In this document: one piece after another, positions 1 to 8,630 of the stretch
Layout: each line of letters starts with the position of its first letter
Numbering within the stretch: position 1 is the first letter of the stretch
Assembly: GCA_963716255.1 (NCBI GenBank)
Contig: OY970303.1
Coordinates: forward strand, 6,240,001-6,304,000
Direction of reading: 5' to 3'
Length of the DNA: 64,000 bases
DNA from: an uncultured Gemmatimonadales bacterium
GTDB lineage: Bacteria > Gemmatimonadota > Gemmatimonadetes > Longimicrobiales > Longimicrobiaceae
Notes under the pieces: model-generated
Told to the model about the DNA's origin: nothing
What the model saw: only the letters and a program-made list of their open reading frames with translations
The model's database searches: none
Made by a program: the position numbers and the translations under genes

Positions 1-564
1 CACGCCGCCGTCAGCGTCGCCCCCGAGGACGTGGTCCTGCGGGCCGAGGTCGTTCCGTACGCCGAGCTGACCGAGGCCGAGCGCGCGGAGATCGGCTCCT
101 CCTGCTGCACGTACTCCAAGACGGGCGGGTGGACGGGGAGTGACGTGGCTCAGTTCAAGCCTGAGCAGGGGTTCGTCGTTCGCGCGGTGGTCGATCCCTA
201 CGCACTCGCGCAGCTCTCGTTCCTGCACTCCTGCGGGAGCGTCATGCAGGTGAAGACGTGCTCCGCCGAGGAGCTGCGCCGGAAGGTCTCGGAGGCCGTG
301 GGGCACCCGAACCCGTACATGCTCTACGGCAAGTACAAGAACTCGTGGGTGTTCTTCAACGGGACCCGCCAGGTACCCTCGACCGCGAAGTTCGAGGGGC
401 ACTATACGCGCATGTTGCGGCGCCTCCGCGGTCCCTCGCGTGACTCCATGCTGATCGGCCCGCTTCCCGAGCGGCCCACGCGAATGCGGATCCAGATTCG
501 CCACGATTGGGACGGGCAGAAACAGACCCTACCCAGCCCCGAAGTTGCTCTCCCGCGGCCTTGA
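1..564 (+). CDS. hypothetical protein, probably 5'-truncated by the window edge
   Basis: Frame is open from base 1 to TGA at 564 with GC3-biased codons; no recognisable motif. Confidence 0.55.
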   Translation, partial: HAAVSVAPEDVVLRAEVVPYAELTEAERAEIGSSCCTYSKTGGWTGSDVAQFKPEQGFVVRAVVDPYALAQLSFLHSCGSVMQVKTCSAEELRRKVSEAVGHPNPYMLYGKYKNSWVFFNGTRQVPSTAKFEGHYTRMLRRLRGPSRDSMLIGPLPERPTRMRIQIRHDWDGQKQTLPSPEVALPRP

Positions 565-672
565 GTGACGCACGCTCGGAGCATGTATCCTCGTGCAAGC
601 CGAATCTTGGCCAGAGTACGCGGACAGGCAGGGCCCGTTACGCCGCGCAATCTCCCCACACCGCAGCAAGCA

Positions 673-1173
673 ATGGCAGAAGAATTCCGCATCGAGGTTC
701 ACCTCCGCGACCCCGCGACCCCTGACGCCGAGCTGTGCACGCTCTACTGGGAGCGTCCCCCGCGGGCGACCGCCCGAACAGGATTCACCCACCGGGTGAC
801 CACCCTCGCAGCGCGGTTCGGACTGTCCCGCAGCGAGATCACTGCGCGGGTGCGTGCTGCGAGCTACGCGATCATGCCGGAGCGGTCCTGCCCCAGCTGC
901 GGCCGCCCTCAGCTTCTCTACAACCGGGGAGACTTCGAGAGCCACGCGACCAGCCGGAACAACCGCTGCATGTCGTGCACGCTCCCAGTCGCCCTCGCCA
1001 ACTTTCAGGAGTGGGAAGAGACGTACGCGGCGAGCCTCCGGAAGCCTGACTCAGAAAAGGACGCCGATTTTAGGCGGCACATGGAATCAATGCTCACGCA
1101 TACCCGTGAGAAGATTGCTGAGCTTCAGGAGGAAATCGCGCTTCTGCCCGAATCACACGCGGTTCGCGGTTGA
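673..1173 (+). CDS. hypothetical protein with two CxxC pairs (possible Zn finger) and coiled-coil tail
   Basis: CPSC...CMSC; the ATG at 673 is chosen within ORF 565..1173, start uncertain. Confidence 0.5.
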   Translation: MAEEFRIEVHLRDPATPDAELCTLYWERPPRATARTGFTHRVTTLAARFGLSRSEITARVRAASYAIMPERSCPSCGRPQLLYNRGDFESHATSRNNRCMSCTLPVALANFQEWEETYAASLRKPDSEKDADFRRHMESMLTHTREKIAELQEEIALLPESHAVRG

Positions 1174-1273
1174 TGGGGGCAGGCGAACACTGCCTGCGCT
1201 GATTCGCCACGCGGCGGGCAGCCGCTGCTGCGTCCAGTACTTCCCCCTTGTCCATTCCACTTCGGATTCCGTC

Positions 1274-1723
1274 ATGGTTCGTAGTTCCTTGCTTCTGTTC
1301 GCCGCCTTCGCGGTCGCGTGCACCGCGCCCGCCCCACCCGAGCAGGCCGAAGGCGCAGACGTGCAGCTCGAGGCCGCCGCTGTGCGGACGCCTCTCCGCG
1401 CGGAGGCGCCTCCGCTGCCTGCCGAGGCCCCCCAGCCGGCCGAGTTACCGCGCCGCGTGAACGCCCTCGGGGGAATCGTGACGTGCAGCATACGGCCGGA
1501 TTTCGACGCCTACACCGTCGCCGCCCGGGAGCGAGGGGCGGAGCCGTCCGACCTGGAGCTCGTTGGCTCGGGGCTCACCTGTACTCGTGGGATCCTGTGG
1601 CCCGAATCGGAGTTCGCGGTCCTGGACTCCACCGCTGCCCCTCATACGGTCAAGATTCGCGTCTACGCCATCACCGGAGTCGAGGTGGACGTCTGGGCCC
1701 CTGGCGTGGTTCTGGACCAGTAG
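1274..1723 (+). CDS. putative lipoprotein
   Basis: MVRSSLLLFAAFAVAC signal/lipobox followed by a Pro/Ala-rich linker. Confidence 0.6.
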   Translation: MVRSSLLLFAAFAVACTAPAPPEQAEGADVQLEAAAVRTPLRAEAPPLPAEAPQPAELPRRVNALGGIVTCSIRPDFDAYTVAARERGAEPSDLELVGSGLTCTRGILWPESEFAVLDSTAAPHTVKIRVYAITGVEVDVWAPGVVLDQ

Positions 1724-1847
1724 CGGGCGAACTGCGGCCGCGTGCGCGGACGAACACACCCCTGCGCAGCTTCCTCGCCGCGCATCATCCGGGAGTTGGC
1801 CCGCTGCGAAGGGTGGAGGGAATCAACGGGAACCAGCCTTCAATCGC

Positions 1848-2426
1848 TCAGTGAATCGTCGCGCGGGGGTACAACGTGACGTCTCGAGTGTCCCACCTCC
1901 GGGCTTCCAAGTGCGGAGCCGTGGCCGCAAGGAGGAGCTGGGAGCGTCGTCCAGGTCCCCCGTGCCAGTCTGAGAGTGCCATCGTCGTACTGAACTCGAA
2001 CCAGAGTGGCACAACGCCTGTGCGGACGGCGAGGACCCGCACTTGAACCATCGTCGTTAAGCCGAAAATCGCATGATGCTGGTGCGAAAGATCAAGCACG
2101 CGGCGTGTCAGGGCGCTCCGGTCCACTCCAGGGTGGTCGCGCATTAACCCCTCCACGATGTCCGACGTGTCCAGCGTGCCCAGCAGGAACGCCCCCTCCA
2201 CGGTGAGGTCCAGCGCGAAGATGCAGTTCCCGGTGGAGTCGATGGTCTCGCTGACGATCCGGTTATCTGATGAGGCAAGCACATCCTCGCGGTACCACGC
2301 CCACGGGTCCTCCTGCGACCCAGTAGGCGGCACCACCTCCTCGAACCTGAGCCGGGTGTCCAGCGCCACCCAGGACAGGTCTGCGGCCCGCTCGTCCTGC
2401 GTCCCCTCAGCGTAGTCGTCGTTCAC
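1848..2426 (-). CDS. hypothetical protein
   Basis: 192 aa; strong AGGAGGAG RBS upstream of a GTG start. Confidence 0.6.
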   Translation of the reverse strand: MNDDYAEGTQDERAADLSWVALDTRLRFEEVVPPTGSQEDPWAWYREDVLASSDNRIVSETIDSTGNCIFALDLTVEGAFLLGTLDTSDIVEGLMRDHPGVDRSALTRRVLDLSHQHHAIFGLTTMVQVRVLAVRTGVVPLWFEFSTTMALSDWHGGPGRRSQLLLAATAPHLEARRWDTRDVTLYPRATIH

Positions 2427-2717
2427 GCAGCTCCTCCTGTTGCGGGCAATCTACGATGCGCTTGCTCTCGGCGATCATGGCTCCTTGAGCGTCGCTGCCA
2501 GGGTGAACCCTCGCACGCGGCCTGCTGATCATACCGCGTTAACTTTCCCCACGCTCCTGTGCGGATTGCTCCGCAGGTGGAGAATCGGCGAGTAACCCAT
2601 CCCGGTGGATACCTGATTCGCGGCGCGCCCGCAGGCTGTACAAATCAGGTCTGGAAAACCCCGGGAAAATAATGCTATGGATTGTGCACGGACGCACCAA
2701 TAGTTTGTGAATAAACC

Positions 2718-4061
2718 GTGTCACCGTGGGGGCGCATGCGGGCCGACATGGTGTCCACTAATCCAGTCGCCATGCCATCTGTTCCAGAGCCGATCCGGCG
2801 CACGTGCCCGCTTTCCGTGGGTCCCGTGACGCAAGAGGAGGAATTCCCGGAGGGTGTCGCCATCCTGCTGGAGGTCCCCGGAGCGCCAGGCGCGCTCCTG
2901 TGGGGCGCACTCCGTGACGTGCTTCTCTGGATCGAGGCTCTACGGGGTGGCCAGGGAAAGCTGTTCGCGCCGGACGCGGCGCGCACCCGTACCGAGTGGG
3001 TCCACTCTCACCCGGTGCCGGAGGACCTCGCTTCGCCGTTGCTGATGCTCGCCGAGATGACCAGCGAGTCCGGGGGCGTGATGCGGGACCCTGTGAGAGT
3101 CGCCTGCGAGCAGATCGCTACATGGGCGATGGAGAACGGCGCGGTGGAACTCAGGCTTGCGTTCACCGAAGCTGCCGCCCTCCTCGCCCCCGACGATCCA
3201 CGGATGGCGCTTGCGGCCGGGCGGCTAGCTCGGGACGTGGGCCGCCCCGGGCGGGCGGAAACCTGGCTGCGCAAGGCGATCAAGCTGGCCCGCAACCGCG
3301 ACTGGGAGACGTACGTGTGGGCCTTCACCGGCCTGGGACTCATGTACTGGCGCGGCGGGAACCTCCGCGGGGCGCTCGCGGTTGCCGAGCGCGCCCTGCG
3401 TACTGCCTCCCGGCACCGGCTCCGGCACCTGGAGGGCGTGGTCCTGCACAACCTCTTCATGTTCGTCTCCGATCATGATGTCGCCAAGGCGTACCAGCAC
3501 GTCTGGGGAGCCCTGCGCGCGTACGGAGCGGGGAACCCGCGCCTCGCAGTGCTGGCGCAGGACGTCGCCTGCTACTGGGCGGACCACGGACAGTTCGCCC
3601 GCGCTCTGCCAGTTATCGAGGCGGCGCTGCCCCGCATGTCAGACCCCCACGAGCGCATGCTGGTGCTGGCGGGCCGCGCCCGCGCAGCGGCAGGGGCCGG
3701 TCTCACGGACGTGTACGAAGAGGCGAGGGCACAAACTGTTAGGGCCCTCTCGGAAACCCCCGGAGAGGCACGCGCGGCGGAGACGCTGGTCGTGCTCGCC
3801 TCGGCCGACCTGCTGGCGCGCGAGATGGACCGAGCCGAGGAAGCTGCTCGCCGAGGAATAGAGACCGCTGCCCGCCGCGGCGAGCATGCCGCCCGAATGG
3901 CAGCGGAGGCGGTGATCGAGGCTGCGCGCGTACGGAGGCCGATCGCCTCCAGCCGAGCCACCCCGGAGCCCGCCGGCCTCGCCCGGCAGGCCGATCGACT
4001 CCAGGGAGATCTCATTCTCTCGCTCGCGGGGGAGCCTGCCGGCGGGACTCACGCTCTCTGA
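2718..4061 (+). CDS. tetratricopeptide-repeat (TPR) protein
   Basis: Helical TPR-like repeats (AETWLRKAIKLAR, GLGLMYWRGGNLRGALAVAERAL, GQFARALPVIEAAL); true start may be 2748 or 2772. Confidence 0.75.
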   Translation: MSPWGRMRADMVSTNPVAMPSVPEPIRRTCPLSVGPVTQEEEFPEGVAILLEVPGAPGALLWGALRDVLLWIEALRGGQGKLFAPDAARTRTEWVHSHPVPEDLASPLLMLAEMTSESGGVMRDPVRVACEQIATWAMENGAVELRLAFTEAAALLAPDDPRMALAAGRLARDVGRPGRAETWLRKAIKLARNRDWETYVWAFTGLGLMYWRGGNLRGALAVAERALRTASRHRLRHLEGVVLHNLFMFVSDHDVAKAYQHVWGALRAYGAGNPRLAVLAQDVACYWADHGQFARALPVIEAALPRMSDPHERMLVLAGRARAAAGAGLTDVYEEARAQTVRALSETPGEARAAETLVVLASADLLAREMDRAEEAARRGIETAARRGEHAARMAAEAVIEAARVRRPIASSRATPEPAGLARQADRLQGDLILSLAGEPAGGTHAL

Positions 4062-4079
4062 GTCCCCGCCGGCAGCTCC
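4031..4079. terminator. hairpin between convergent TPR and peptide genes (probable bidirectional terminator)
   Basis: GGAGCCTGCCGGCGGGACTCA ... TGAGTCCCCGCCGGCAGCTCC, about 20-bp near-perfect inverted repeat. Confidence 0.6.
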
Positions 4080-4084
4080 GATTA

Positions 4085-4306
4085 CTACGGCGTGGTGACC
4101 AGCGTCACGGTGTCGCCGGGCGCCGAGGTCGTGCCGCCGGGTTCACTGCCGTCGGCAGAACGACCCCCGCCACCCACCATGCCGATCCCGTCCAACGCCG
4201 GGGTTGGCGAGGGGCGGACTGTAGAATCCGTCGCCCCCTGCGAGTCGCAGGCCGAAAATGCCAGGGTGAGCGCGAGCGTGACCGTATAGGTGCGGAGCCT
4301 GCTCAT
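4085..4306 (-). CDS. small exported (lipo)peptide, 73 aa
   Basis: AAAGGAG RBS; MSRLRTYTVTLALTLAFSAC signal/lipobox; DGIGMVGGGGR core; tandem TAG TAA stops. Confidence 0.7.
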   Translation of the reverse strand: MSRLRTYTVTLALTLAFSACDSQGATDSTVRPSPTPALDGIGMVGGGGRSADGSEPGGTTSAPGDTVTLVTTP

Positions 4307-4449
4307 GGTGTAACTCCTTTCGGACAAATGGAAAGCGAGGGCAAAGGCGCACTCGGCCTGTGCCCGGGGAGAAGTTCCGAAAGGTGCGGGCGCTCCGGTC
4401 CAAGGGTCAAGGCGCGTCGTGAAAACCACCCCTTGATGGGGAATCCCTG

Positions 4450-5286
4450 ATGCAACCTGTTGTTCGCCCGCTCTTTCTCTTGCACTCGGACCCCGCGTTG
4501 CGCCACGCGCTGGGCCGCATTCCCGGCCAGCCGTATACCCTCTCGCTGGTGTCGAACTGGGAAGCGCTGCGGGATGGATTACGCCGGGCGCCGCCAACTG
4601 CCCTCGTGGTGGTCGACCCGCGTGGGGAGAACGAGGAGGACAACCTTTCCTGTGCCCTCGGCGAGCTCCTGCGCACCTACCCCTCCGCCACCGTGCTCGC
4701 CGCGCTCCTGATTGCTCCAGAAGACGCGGGGCTGGTGCTCAAGTTGAGGGAGTGGGGTGTCGCCGACGTGATCGACCTGGCGCGGGAGCGCACCCCGGAG
4801 GCGCTGGAGCGGCGCCTCCGGGTGGTACAGGGCCGGGCTGTTCGGCGTCTCCTCCAGCGTGCCCTGCCGCCCAATCTGCCGGGGCGCACCCGGACGCTGC
4901 TTGCGGTCGCGGCCGAAGTGGTCTCCCGCGGCGGCCAGTCCCCGGAATTCGCTGCGTCGCTCCAGGTGACTGAGCGGACCGTCGCCCGCTGGTGCGAGCG
5001 GGCGGATCTGCCCCCGCCCCGGCGGCTCCTGGCCTGGATGCGGATCCTGCTCGCCACGGAGTTGCTCGACGATGCCGGCAGGTCGCTGGAGTCGACGGCG
5101 CGGGCCTGTGGATACTCCGGCGCGGGAAGCCTGAAGCCCGCGCTGCGCAACTTCCTGAACAAGTCACCGCGTGAACTGCGCGAGGCCGGAGCATTCGCCA
5201 CGGCCGTCCAAGTGTTCCGCGAGGAGATCGACCAGATCCGTGAGGCAGGCCGGAGCGCGAAGCCGACCAAGGTCTGGCTGAACTGA
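4450..5286 (+). CDS. AraC-family HTH regulator with receiver-like N-terminal domain
   Basis: AASLQVTERTVARWC ... RILLATELL ... SLESTARACGYS AraC double-HTH pattern. Confidence 0.85.
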   Translation: MQPVVRPLFLLHSDPALRHALGRIPGQPYTLSLVSNWEALRDGLRRAPPTALVVVDPRGENEEDNLSCALGELLRTYPSATVLAALLIAPEDAGLVLKLREWGVADVIDLARERTPEALERRLRVVQGRAVRRLLQRALPPNLPGRTRTLLAVAAEVVSRGGQSPEFAASLQVTERTVARWCERADLPPPRRLLAWMRILLATELLDDAGRSLESTARACGYSGAGSLKPALRNFLNKSPRELREAGAFATAVQVFREEIDQIREAGRSAKPTKVWLN

Positions 5287-5636
5287 ACGGCTGCGGAGAC
5301 ATGCGCGAGATGGTTCTCAGCAGCCTGGCGACCGGGTATTTCGAGACGCGCTTTGCAGAGCCCGCCCGGCGGCATTCAGGAGCCCGGCATGTCGCAACTC
5401 AAACGGGTTTCGGGCCGAAGTCGCGATTCCAGGCCCCAGCGGAGCAGCCTTGGGTACGTGCAACTCCTCAGCTTCTGCCGCCGGTTGGGTTCCTAGTGTC
5501 CACTCTGTCCACCTTCCACTTCAGGAGCCCGACTCGGGAGCCGCCGTGCGCTGGCCGGCCCTAATCTTCGCGGTGTCGGCGGTACCCTTGCCGAAATAAG
5601 CTTCGTACCGGGGCAAACTATTACTCAGGAGCGAGT

Positions 5637-6077
5637 ATGCAGCGGATGGAATACCTGCGGCGAACAGGGGTGGCAGCGAGCCGAGACGGCGAGTTCGACC
5701 GACTCGCGGACGCGTGGCGGCTGGAGGAGCTGAGACAGGTAATCCGGCGTGAGCTGCGCACCCATTGCGGTCAGCTGGCGCTCGCGAGGATTATCGGCGT
5801 TGGGCGATCGGTCGTGAGGAAACTCCTGGAGATGCAGAGCGTGCCCGAGCCCGAAAACCTCGACCGCCTGCGGGAGTGGGCGGCCGACCGCCCTTCGGCT
5901 GAGACTCCACGGGCCGTGGTGTGCCTGGCGGTGCTCATGGAGAACCTGCCGCCGAGCGCGCGGTACGGTGCCCGCCTGGAGGTGGCCGAGACCCTGACCC
6001 GCCTCTACCATGAGACCGGCACTGAAGTGCCGCAGTGGCTCGCGCACGAAGTGCAAGACCGCCGGAGGGAGCTGTGA
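5637..6077 (+). CDS. XRE-like HTH protein
   Basis: GQLALARIIGVGRSVVRKLL HTH; AGGAG RBS. Confidence 0.65.
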   Translation: MQRMEYLRRTGVAASRDGEFDRLADAWRLEELRQVIRRELRTHCGQLALARIIGVGRSVVRKLLEMQSVPEPENLDRLREWAADRPSAETPRAVVCLAVLMENLPPSARYGARLEVAETLTRLYHETGTEVPQWLAHEVQDRRREL

Positions 6078-6395
6078 GGTCACCCAGCGGCCAGCCTGTC
6101 GCGAGTCCCCCGGCCACACCAGAGGCGTCCGCGCCCGCGCAGTCCCCCGGGATGCCCCGGTCCGATCCGTCCACTCCTCCAGAGCGGGTACGTTGGGTTG
6201 CTTCTGGCCTGCTGCTGGTGTCGGGTGGATAGGGGTGGCATATCCCGAGAAGGCGGGTCACTTGCCGCTGCGGGCAACCAGCACGCGAGAAACAGCAACG
6301 GGGTGGAGCACATACAAGCTGCCAGCACTCTCCGGTATACAGGAAGTGCTTCCCGGCGCCGGTTTTCGCCACTGCAAAGGGAGTAACTTGCTGCC

Positions 6396-7217
6396 ATGGA
6401 CATGACTCCAGATGCAGTCGCGCTACGATACCTGCGCTACCTGGCCCTTCGCGAGGGCGGATACTTGCATCGGGGAGTGCCTGGATGGGCGATGCGGGAA
6501 GACGTGGAGCAGGCCACTCATCAGAAGCTGCCGGAGCGCCTGCCGCGCCTTCACGCACGCGGGCTGCTTGATCGCGAGGACGTCCGCGCGCGACACCTGA
6601 CCCGGCCGGCGTGGATCTATCGGATCAACCAGGAGGGGGGAGACCGGGTGGCCGAGGAGGCAGATCTGCCGAGCCGCGTGATTCCCGGTCCGTTGCGCCT
6701 TGCACCGGAGGAGCAGATGGACGCGGCCGTCTACATCCCGCCCGGTGCAGCCCTGGCGCTCCGCGAGCTGCGCCGTGCGATGGAGGGGCGGGTCGAATCC
6801 CCGCACCTCCCCCGGGAGCCGGGATGGCGGACCGGCCCGGATCTCCGCGCGCAAATCATTGGGGAGGACCCGGCCACATCCCCCTGGGCGCCGCGCAGCA
6901 GCCGGGAGCTGTGGATGAGGGCTCACGAGGTGGCGGAGACAGATCTCCTGCCGGGAGAGCCGTGGATGGGCGACCACGATGGGCTGGATCAGGTCGCTCG
7001 CGAAGAGCGAGAGTGGGGATGGGATCCGCTCGTGGGGGAGCTGCCGCTCAGCCCCACCCCGCGGATTCCCTTTCCCAACGACCTGCGGTGGCTGGTGCGG
7101 GTGGGCCTGGTGCAGCAGTGGACAGCCCAGGAGCCCAGCCGGCGGCGTGTATCGCTGTATCGCATCACTCCCCTCGGGGGCGTAGTCATCCCGCTTGAGT
7201 GGCGGGAGCCTCGATAG
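6396..7217 (+). CDS. hypothetical protein with two winged-helix-like segments
   Basis: LPRLHARGLL...IYRINQEG and LRWLVRVGLV...LYRITPLG. Confidence 0.6.
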   Translation: MDMTPDAVALRYLRYLALREGGYLHRGVPGWAMREDVEQATHQKLPERLPRLHARGLLDREDVRARHLTRPAWIYRINQEGGDRVAEEADLPSRVIPGPLRLAPEEQMDAAVYIPPGAALALRELRRAMEGRVESPHLPREPGWRTGPDLRAQIIGEDPATSPWAPRSSRELWMRAHEVAETDLLPGEPWMGDHDGLDQVAREEREWGWDPLVGELPLSPTPRIPFPNDLRWLVRVGLVQQWTAQEPSRRRVSLYRITPLGGVVIPLEWREPR

Positions 7218-7270
7218 GTCGAACTCGTGCAATCTGGCAGCCGCCCGCGGCGCACCTCCCCGGCGCTGTC

Positions 7271-7362
7271 ACGCATAAAGGGTCACGCCTGATCGGCAGG
7301 GTTCGCGCACTCGCTACGCATAAACGGTCACGCCGGCTGAACCTGGCGTGACCGTTTATGCG
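7271..7362. repeat. three copies of an 18-19 bp motif (two direct, one inverted)
   Basis: ACGCATAAAGGGTCACGCC 7271-7289; ACGCATAAACGGTCACGCC 7316-7334; inverted GGCGTGACCGTTTATGCG 7345-7362. Confidence 0.85.
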
Positions 7363-7745
7363 CAGGGATCCTCGCCCCGAAGGATCGCGACGATCAGCTC
7401 CCGTGCGCGTGCTCGCCTGGGCACGGGCAGGATCCGCAGCAGGGCCTCGAGCGCTACCTCCTGGGCCGTGCTGAAGTCGCCAACTAGGTGGCGCGCGTAC
7501 CAGGCACGGAGCTTCTGGAGGGTTCTCCGGTACGACCCGCGGCCATCGAGCACCTTCTGCAACCCGCTGGCGGTCATTCCCACTTCGCGAGCTACACCTC
7601 GGAGGCTGGTCGCGTCGACCCGCTCCTGCAGGGCCGTGCGAATGGTGCCAGCGTTCACCTCGCCCCTGGCGCTGTGCGCCGCGGTGTCGCCTCTGGACAT
7701 GGGCTGCCCTTGATGCCGGGGGAGCGTGTGATGGGAAGTAGACAT
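7356..7745 (-). CDS. XRE-like HTH protein, paralog of 5637..6077
   Basis: TSLRGVAREVGMTASGLQKVLDG HTH; likely start near 7700. Confidence 0.7.
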   Translation of the reverse strand: MSTSHHTLPRHQGQPMSRGDTAAHSARGEVNAGTIRTALQERVDATSLRGVAREVGMTASGLQKVLDGRGSYRRTLQKLRAWYARHLVGDFSTAQEVALEALLRILPVPRRARARELIVAILRGEDPCA

Positions 7746-7944
7746 AAGTTGAGCCGTTCTGCTGGCCGCGCAACTATGCCCTCCCTGGTAGATAGGATCG
7801 GAATAGGGGAGCTTGGGACTAGGTTCGGGTAGAAGGGTCTAGGAACAGGCGTTCGCTGACTGCCCGACAACAAACGTTATTGATTCCGCGTGGCTTCAGG
7901 CCGATATTCCAGCTCCACCAATCGCTCAACTCGCAGAGGATCCC

Positions 7945-8406
7945 TTGAACCGTTATCGCTGGGCGTGGTTTGCCCTGGCGTGCCTGGTCGCGGCCGGGTG
8001 GGCCTGGACGAACCGATACGAGTACCGCGAGTGCAACCGCGGCGGCTGCATTGCGGTGAACCGCTGGACCGGGGAGCACCATCGCACCGACGAGGCCGGA
8101 GCAGCAGCCCGGCGGAAGAAGGCGGAGCAGGAGGAGTGGTCCCGGGATTCCCTGGCTGCGCTGGGCATGGACACCATGTCCATATCCCAGGGCTCCTCCC
8201 CTGGTGCTGCCCCAGAGGAGAACCGGTTTTCGAAGTACTCTGAGCAGGAGAAGATCCGTCGCTTCCGCGAGGCGCACGGCGTGGACTCTGCATCGCTCCC
8301 CGTGCACTCCGCGCTGAACGAGGCCTGGGCGGATACTGCCTTTGGGAGGATAGCTGCGAAATATGCGGAGGGCGCTAGCTTGGTCGCGGACCCTCGCCAC
8401 CGCTGA
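7945..8406 (+). CDS. hypothetical membrane-anchored protein
   Basis: N-terminal hydrophobic helix followed by CNRGGC. Confidence 0.55.
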   Translation: MNRYRWAWFALACLVAAGWAWTNRYEYRECNRGGCIAVNRWTGEHHRTDEAGAAARRKKAEQEEWSRDSLAALGMDTMSISQGSSPGAAPEENRFSKYSEQEKIRRFREAHGVDSASLPVHSALNEAWADTAFGRIAAKYAEGASLVADPRHR

Positions 8407-8630
8407 CGCAGTCACCGTTCCGCGGCCCGCACGCTGCCCTGAGCGCGCCACGGTCGATCGAACCAGGGGGACGTACCGACCGGAGCTACCATTCGGGTGG
8501 AATCCTCTCGTGTAGCTCCCGGTAGCTTCGTACCCGGCCTCGGAGGAGGCGGAGGCGACTGCACCGCGCTATGTAGGGGACTCTCCGGGGAAATAAGCCG
8601 AGAAAATGGGTCTGTCAGCCATGGGGGGCA

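Noticed and set aside
7780..8630. Opposite Tn7 end near TTCGGGTAG (about 7823) or TGTAGG (8572)
   Set aside because: No ACAATAAAGTC-like repeats and no preceding ACGGC target duplication.
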